Assembly (NCBI GenBank): GCA_963741945.1
Contig: CAVUKA010000003.1
Location: 1-64,000, forward strand
Source: an uncultured Gemmatimonadales bacterium
GTDB lineage: Bacteria; Gemmatimonadota; Gemmatimonadetes; Longimicrobiales; RSA9
DNA: 64,000 nucleotides
Reading direction: 5' to 3'
Shown here: positions 60,320-64,000 of the stretch, in pieces
Position numbering within the stretch: position 1 is the first letter of the stretch
Layout of the letters: each line of letters begins with the position of its first letter
Position numbers and translations under genes: made by a program
Notes under the pieces: model-generated
The model's input: the letters and a program-made list of their open reading frames with translations, nothing else
What the model was told of the DNA's origin: nothing
Database searches by the model: none

Positions 60320-60595
60320 TCCGTGCTCCGTCTGGCGTGCCCGTGCTCCGTCCGGCGTGTCCGTGCTCCGTCCGGCGTGTCCGTGCTCCGTCCGGCGTGC
60401 CCGTGCTCCGTCTGGCGTGTCCGTGCCCGGCCGTTGTCCGTGCTCCGTCCGGCGTGTCCGTGCTCCGTCCGGCGTGTCCGTGCTCCGTCTGGCGTGCCCG
60501 TGCCCGGCCGTTGTCCGTGTCCGTGGACCCCGAACACGCCCCCGGAAAACACGAACCGCCGGACACGCCAGACGGAGCACGGGCGCGGGCACGGA
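60320..60595. repeat. 20-bp tandem repeat tract with a downstream inverted copy, between convergent genes
   Basis: CCGTGCTCCGTC(C/T)GGCGTG(T/C) x5, 17-bp CCGTGCCCGGCCGTTGT, x3, the 17-mer again; inverted GGACACGCCAGACGGAGCACGG at 60561. Confidence 0.93.
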
Positions 60596-60617
60596 TGCGG
60601 GCGGGCGTCCTCGGTGG

Positions 60618-62105
60618 TTAGCCCACCGGCGCCACCTGGAACTGGTCGATGGTCCCGTCCGGGAGCTCGTACGTCCACACTCTCAGCATCCGGTCGGCGA
60701 ACACGGCCCTGTACACGCGCAGGATCATCCCGCCGCGGTCGGACGTGCCCGTCTGCACGAACTCACGCGGCGGGCCGAGCGGGGCGAGGCTGGACTCGAA
60801 GTCGTCCAGCGCCTGCTGGCTGAAATAGGCGTTCGCCGACGCGTTGAAGAGCGACCGGTCGATGTCGCCCTTCTGCAGCCCCGTGAAGATGGCCAGCGCG
60901 CGGGCGGTGCGCGCGGCTTCCAGCGTGTCGGTGGTGGCGAAGAGCAGCCCCGTCACGCCGCGGGCGATGGCGCCGGCCGCGGGCGCGGCGTCCTGGTTCG
61001 TCAGCACCACCACGGCCGCGCCGTCCTCCAGGAAGACGTAGTTGTACGCCGTGAAGCCCGACATCTCGCCGCTGTGCGACACCAGGAAGTGGCCGTTCTG
61101 CATCCCCACGTCCACGCCCAGGCCGTAGCCGCTCCCGGCCCCGTTCGCCAGCCGCATCTCCTTCTCCATCTCGTCATACGACGCCGGGCTCAGCAGGCTC
61201 TCACGGATCAGCGAGATGTCCCATCGGGCCAGGTCGCTGGCCGTCATGGCCAGCATCCCCATGCCGAAGCCCCAGCCGCTCCCCGCGTCGGGCGCCGGGC
61301 GTAGCGGGCCGAGGGCGTAGCGGAGGTAGCCGGAGGCGTCCGTCGCCTGCGACGCCTCGGTGTCGAAGTCGCTCGCGCTCTCCAGCTCCAGCGGCTCCAG
61401 GATCCGCTCCCGCACGAACTGGAAGAACGGCACCCCCGCCGCTTTCTGGATGATCAGCGCCGCCACGTCGAAGCCCGTGTTGCTGTACTGCCAGCGCGTC
61501 CCCGGCTCGAAGTTCAGCGGCCGCCCCGCCCACCGCCGCGCGATGTCCTCCGGCGAGATGTCGTGCAGCATCATCAACGGCACGTAGTCCTCCGGCCAGA
61601 AGTCCTGGTACCCCGACGTGTGCGACAGCAGCTGCCGCACCGTGATCCGGTCCGCGTCGGTCAGGTTCAGCTCCGGCAGCCACTTCGACACCGGGTCGTC
61701 CAGCGACAGCTTCCCGTCCTCCACCAGCAGCAGCGCCGCCGCCGCCGTGAACTGCTTGCTGATCGACCCGATGGCATAGCGCATGTCCGCCGACGCCGGC
61801 GTCCGCGGCTCCAGCCGCGCCTGGCCGTACGCCCGCGCGTACGCCAGCGCCCCGTCCTTCACCACCGCCACCGACGCGCTCGGCACGCCCGTGGCCTCCA
61901 GCACCGCCGCCGCCACCGAGTCCACCTGCGACGCCAGCCCGGGCGACGCCACCGCCGTCCCGATCTGCCCGGCCAGCGGCGAGGCCGCCGCGGCGACCCC
62001 GGCGGCCACCGTGGCCGCCGCGCCGACCACCACCCCCGCCCCCGCCCCTGTCCCCGCGGCCAGCGCCGCGGCCGTGAACAGGCTCCGCATCCTGCCAATG
62101 CTCAT
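60618..62105 (-). CDS. Secreted serine hydrolase, beta-lactamase-like
   Basis: IGSISKQF (SxxK), LLSHTSG, WQYSN (YxN), HSG. Confidence 0.92.
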   Translation of the reverse strand: MSIGRMRSLFTAAALAAGTGAGAGVVVGAAATVAAGVAAAASPLAGQIGTAVASPGLASQVDSVAAAVLEATGVPSASVAVVKDGALAYARAYGQARLEPRTPASADMRYAIGSISKQFTAAAALLLVEDGKLSLDDPVSKWLPELNLTDADRITVRQLLSHTSGYQDFWPEDYVPLMMLHDISPEDIARRWAGRPLNFEPGTRWQYSNTGFDVAALIIQKAAGVPFFQFVRERILEPLELESASDFDTEASQATDASGYLRYALGPLRPAPDAGSGWGFGMGMLAMTASDLARWDISLIRESLLSPASYDEMEKEMRLANGAGSGYGLGVDVGMQNGHFLVSHSGEMSGFTAYNYVFLEDGAAVVVLTNQDAAPAAGAIARGVTGLLFATTDTLEAARTARALAIFTGLQKGDIDRSLFNASANAYFSQQALDDFESSLAPLGPPREFVQTGTSDRGGMILRVYRAVFADRMLRVWTYELPDGTIDQFQVAPVG

Positions 62106-62189
62106 CGTTCCACTCCGTTCGTTCGCGCGTTCGTGCATCGACCGGGGAAAGAGAGCACCGTGCGGCGGAAAGGGCAAAGGCGCGACGGA

Positions 62190-62335
62190 GGGCCCGCGGT
62201 CAACTCGACAACTGGAGGGCCGCCGGTCGAATGAATGTCGAGTTTGCCGCGGAAACCGCGGTGAACTCGACATGCGCCGTCCCGGGCGCGGCAGGGGGTG
62301 TCGACTTCACCGCGGTTCCCGCGGTCGATCCGACA
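62190..62335. repeat. Cluster of related 37-bp palindromes spaced 62-63 bp apart
   Basis: TGTCGAGTTTGCCGCGGAAACCGCGGTGAACTCGACA (62236-62272), TGTCGACTTCACCGCGGTTCCCGCGGTCGATCCGACA (62299-62335), and a half copy ending at 62210. Confidence 0.7.
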
Positions 62336-62609
62336 TTCGCCCCCGGCTTCCTCGTCGACCGGGCGAGTTCGCCGCGGTCGGCCGCCCGCGACTCGTCACC
62401 GCACCCCGGCGGCCCCGGCCGGCACGCCGTGCAGACGCCTGTAACGATCCGTCACTACGGCCGCTGCGCCGCGGGCGCGACGGCCCTCCCGAAAGCCGCG
62501 TCCTGACGCCACTCTGACGCCTCCACTCTGCCCGGCGCGGCCCGGGGCACGCCGCTTGCCCCCGTAGGGGCAGCCCCACCCCCGGACACACGCGCTCGCG
62601 AATCCGCGG

Positions 62610-63551
62610 ATGAAAGACAATAGCCACGCAGGAGACATCCACGCGCTGCTGGGTCCCGAGGCGGGCCGCCGCTGGCGGCTCGCCCTGGAGCTCGGCCCCA
62701 CGCTGGCCCGCGTCACGACCCGCCCCACCGTCCTTGCCCGAGTGGGCCGCTCCGTCGGGGAGATGTTCGCCGGCCGCGGCGTGGTGGTGCTGCGTCGCGA
62801 CGCCACTTCAGGGTGGACGGCGGCGTGGCCGGAGCGGCCGGTGCTCCCGGCGCGGGAGCTACCCCACCTGCCTCGTCTGGACGAGGCGGGGGTTTGGGAC
62901 ACGCGGGCGGAGCCGGCGGCGGTCCCGGGCGCGTGGGCGGCGGCGGCCGCCGCGCTGGACGCGCCGATCCTGGTCCACGTGCCGCTGAGCGCCACGGGGC
63001 TCGTGGTGCTGGGGATGGGTGCGGGCGAGGGCGTGGGCGCGGACGAGTGGCCGCTGCTGCTCACCGTCGCCCGGACGGCGGGCCGGGCGCTGGGCGCCGT
63101 CGAGGACGGGGCGGGCCGGCTGCGCAGCGCGCTCACGGACCCGGCCACGGGGCTCCCCAACCGGCTGTACCTGGATCTGGTGCTGGAGCGCTACATGGCC
63201 GCGGCGCGGCGGGGCGAGCCGCTGTCTGCGCTCCTGATCCAGCGGGCGACGCCGGGCGACGCGCCGGCCTCCTCGCCGCCGGCCCGCTGGGCCGACGCCA
63301 TCCACGAGGCCGTGCGCGAGTCGGACGTGGTGGGCGCGCTCGAGGACGGCCGCTTCCTGGTGCTGCTCACCCGCTGCGGCAACGGCGGCGGGCGCCACGT
63401 GGTCTACCGGCTGCGCCAGCGGCTCGGGCCGGAGCGCCAGTTCCACGCGGGCATCGCCGAGTTCGGGCCGGGCGCGACGTCCGCGGACGCACTGGTCGCC
63501 GCTGCCGGGGAGGCGCTCAGGGCCAGCCAGCGGAGGATGGTGCCGGGCTGA
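62610..63551 (+). CDS. GAF-like + degenerate GGDEF domain protein
   Basis: LTDPATGLPNR and VRESDVVG are present; GGDEF is replaced by EDGRF. Confidence 0.75.
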   Translation: MKDNSHAGDIHALLGPEAGRRWRLALELGPTLARVTTRPTVLARVGRSVGEMFAGRGVVVLRRDATSGWTAAWPERPVLPARELPHLPRLDEAGVWDTRAEPAAVPGAWAAAAAALDAPILVHVPLSATGLVVLGMGAGEGVGADEWPLLLTVARTAGRALGAVEDGAGRLRSALTDPATGLPNRLYLDLVLERYMAAARRGEPLSALLIQRATPGDAPASSPPARWADAIHEAVRESDVVGALEDGRFLVLLTRCGNGGGRHVVYRLRQRLGPERQFHAGIAEFGPGATSADALVAAAGEALRASQRRMVPG

Positions 63552-63637
63552 GGGATTCGGCGCGGAAGGGGTGCTGGCCGGAAAAGGGCGCGAAGATCGC
63601 TGTCCGCGCTGCCGCCGGAGGGAGCCGGCGAAAGATG

Positions 63638-64000
63638 TCAGCTGGACGGGTGGAGCGGCGGGTCGGACCAGACGGTGTCCACCTGGACGGCCGTCGCCTG
63701 CGAGCTCTGGATGTAGGTCTTGAAGCGGCCGATGTCGGACTGGCCGACCTTCAGGGTGTCACCCGCTTCGGAGTGGTAGTAGGTGTCGCCCGTGGTGGGG
63801 ATCCGGAAGTAGACCTCGTACGCGTTCACCGGCACGGCCCCGGTGTTCTCCACCCGGTACTCCGCCTCCACGAACGTGGAGTCCCCCTCTTCCGAGTGCG
63901 CGTTCCAGAAGCTGGTGACCGTCACGTCCAGCGCCGCGGTGGTCTCGGTGGAGTCCTCCGCCTGGAGGTAGATCGACGCTTCCGCGCTTTGCTCCGCCCG
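63638..64000 (-). CDS. 3' part of a hypothetical beta-sandwich protein running in from the right edge
   Basis: Open frame to the window end; YRVENTG...YEVYF strand pattern and coding GC3 bias. Confidence 0.6.
   Translation of the reverse strand, partial: RAEQSAEASIYLQAEDSTETTAALDVTVTSFWNAHSEEGDSTFVEAEYRVENTGAVPVNAYEVYFRIPTTGDTYYHSEAGDTLKVGQSDIGRFKTYIQSSQATAVQVDTVWSDPPLHPSS

Noticed and set aside
60120-60678. Repetitive ORFs over the 20-bp tract
   Set aside because: Artefacts of the tandem repeat that overlap real genes on either side.

Overview
High-GC bacterial DNA. The secreted peptidase and VPS10/BNR content suggests Gemmatimonadota, but this is an inference. (1) 1-6.9 kb: the right end of an integrative element inserted at the 3' end of tRNA-Ser(TGA). 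It carries a tyrosine integrase, an MT-A70-family methyltransferase, an excisionase-like HTH, an IS1/IS1595-like Zn-ribbon-HTH remnant, a ParB-like protein and a frameshifted ClpX-like ATPase lacking the IGF loop. (2) 7-30 kb: membrane and secreted proteins, an Na+/H+ antiporter, six large exported hydrolases (S9, CocE/NonD, VPS10/BNR, serine hydrolase, M28, M14), VapBC modules, a 60-bp ABAB repeat array, a CMD protein and a Rieske-FAD oxidoreductase. (3) 29.9-40.1 kb: the best candidate for an undescribed system, a TetR-led operon. It encodes a FabH-like enzyme whose His/Asn catalytic residues are replaced by Thr/Tyr, a Na+:solute symporter, an acyl-CoA ligase, a MaoC hydratase, a lipoprotein, an outer-membrane barrel and a lipoprotein alpha/beta hydrolase. 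It has a clear promoter/operator and a divergent patatin gene. I infer uptake and CoA-dependent breakdown of an ester or oligoester such as (R)-3-hydroxyalkanoate oligomers. (4) 41-49 kb: a MacAB-TolC exporter with a sigma54-type two-component system and candidate enhancer palindromes. (5) 49-58.5 kb: an aroF-menGFDHBAE cluster plus a thioesterase, with no menC. (6) 58.5-64 kb: PfpI, an aldo/keto reductase, a 20-bp repeat tract, a serine hydrolase, 37-bp palindromes and a degenerate GGDEF protein. Several isolated frameshifts across the window may be assembly indel errors.
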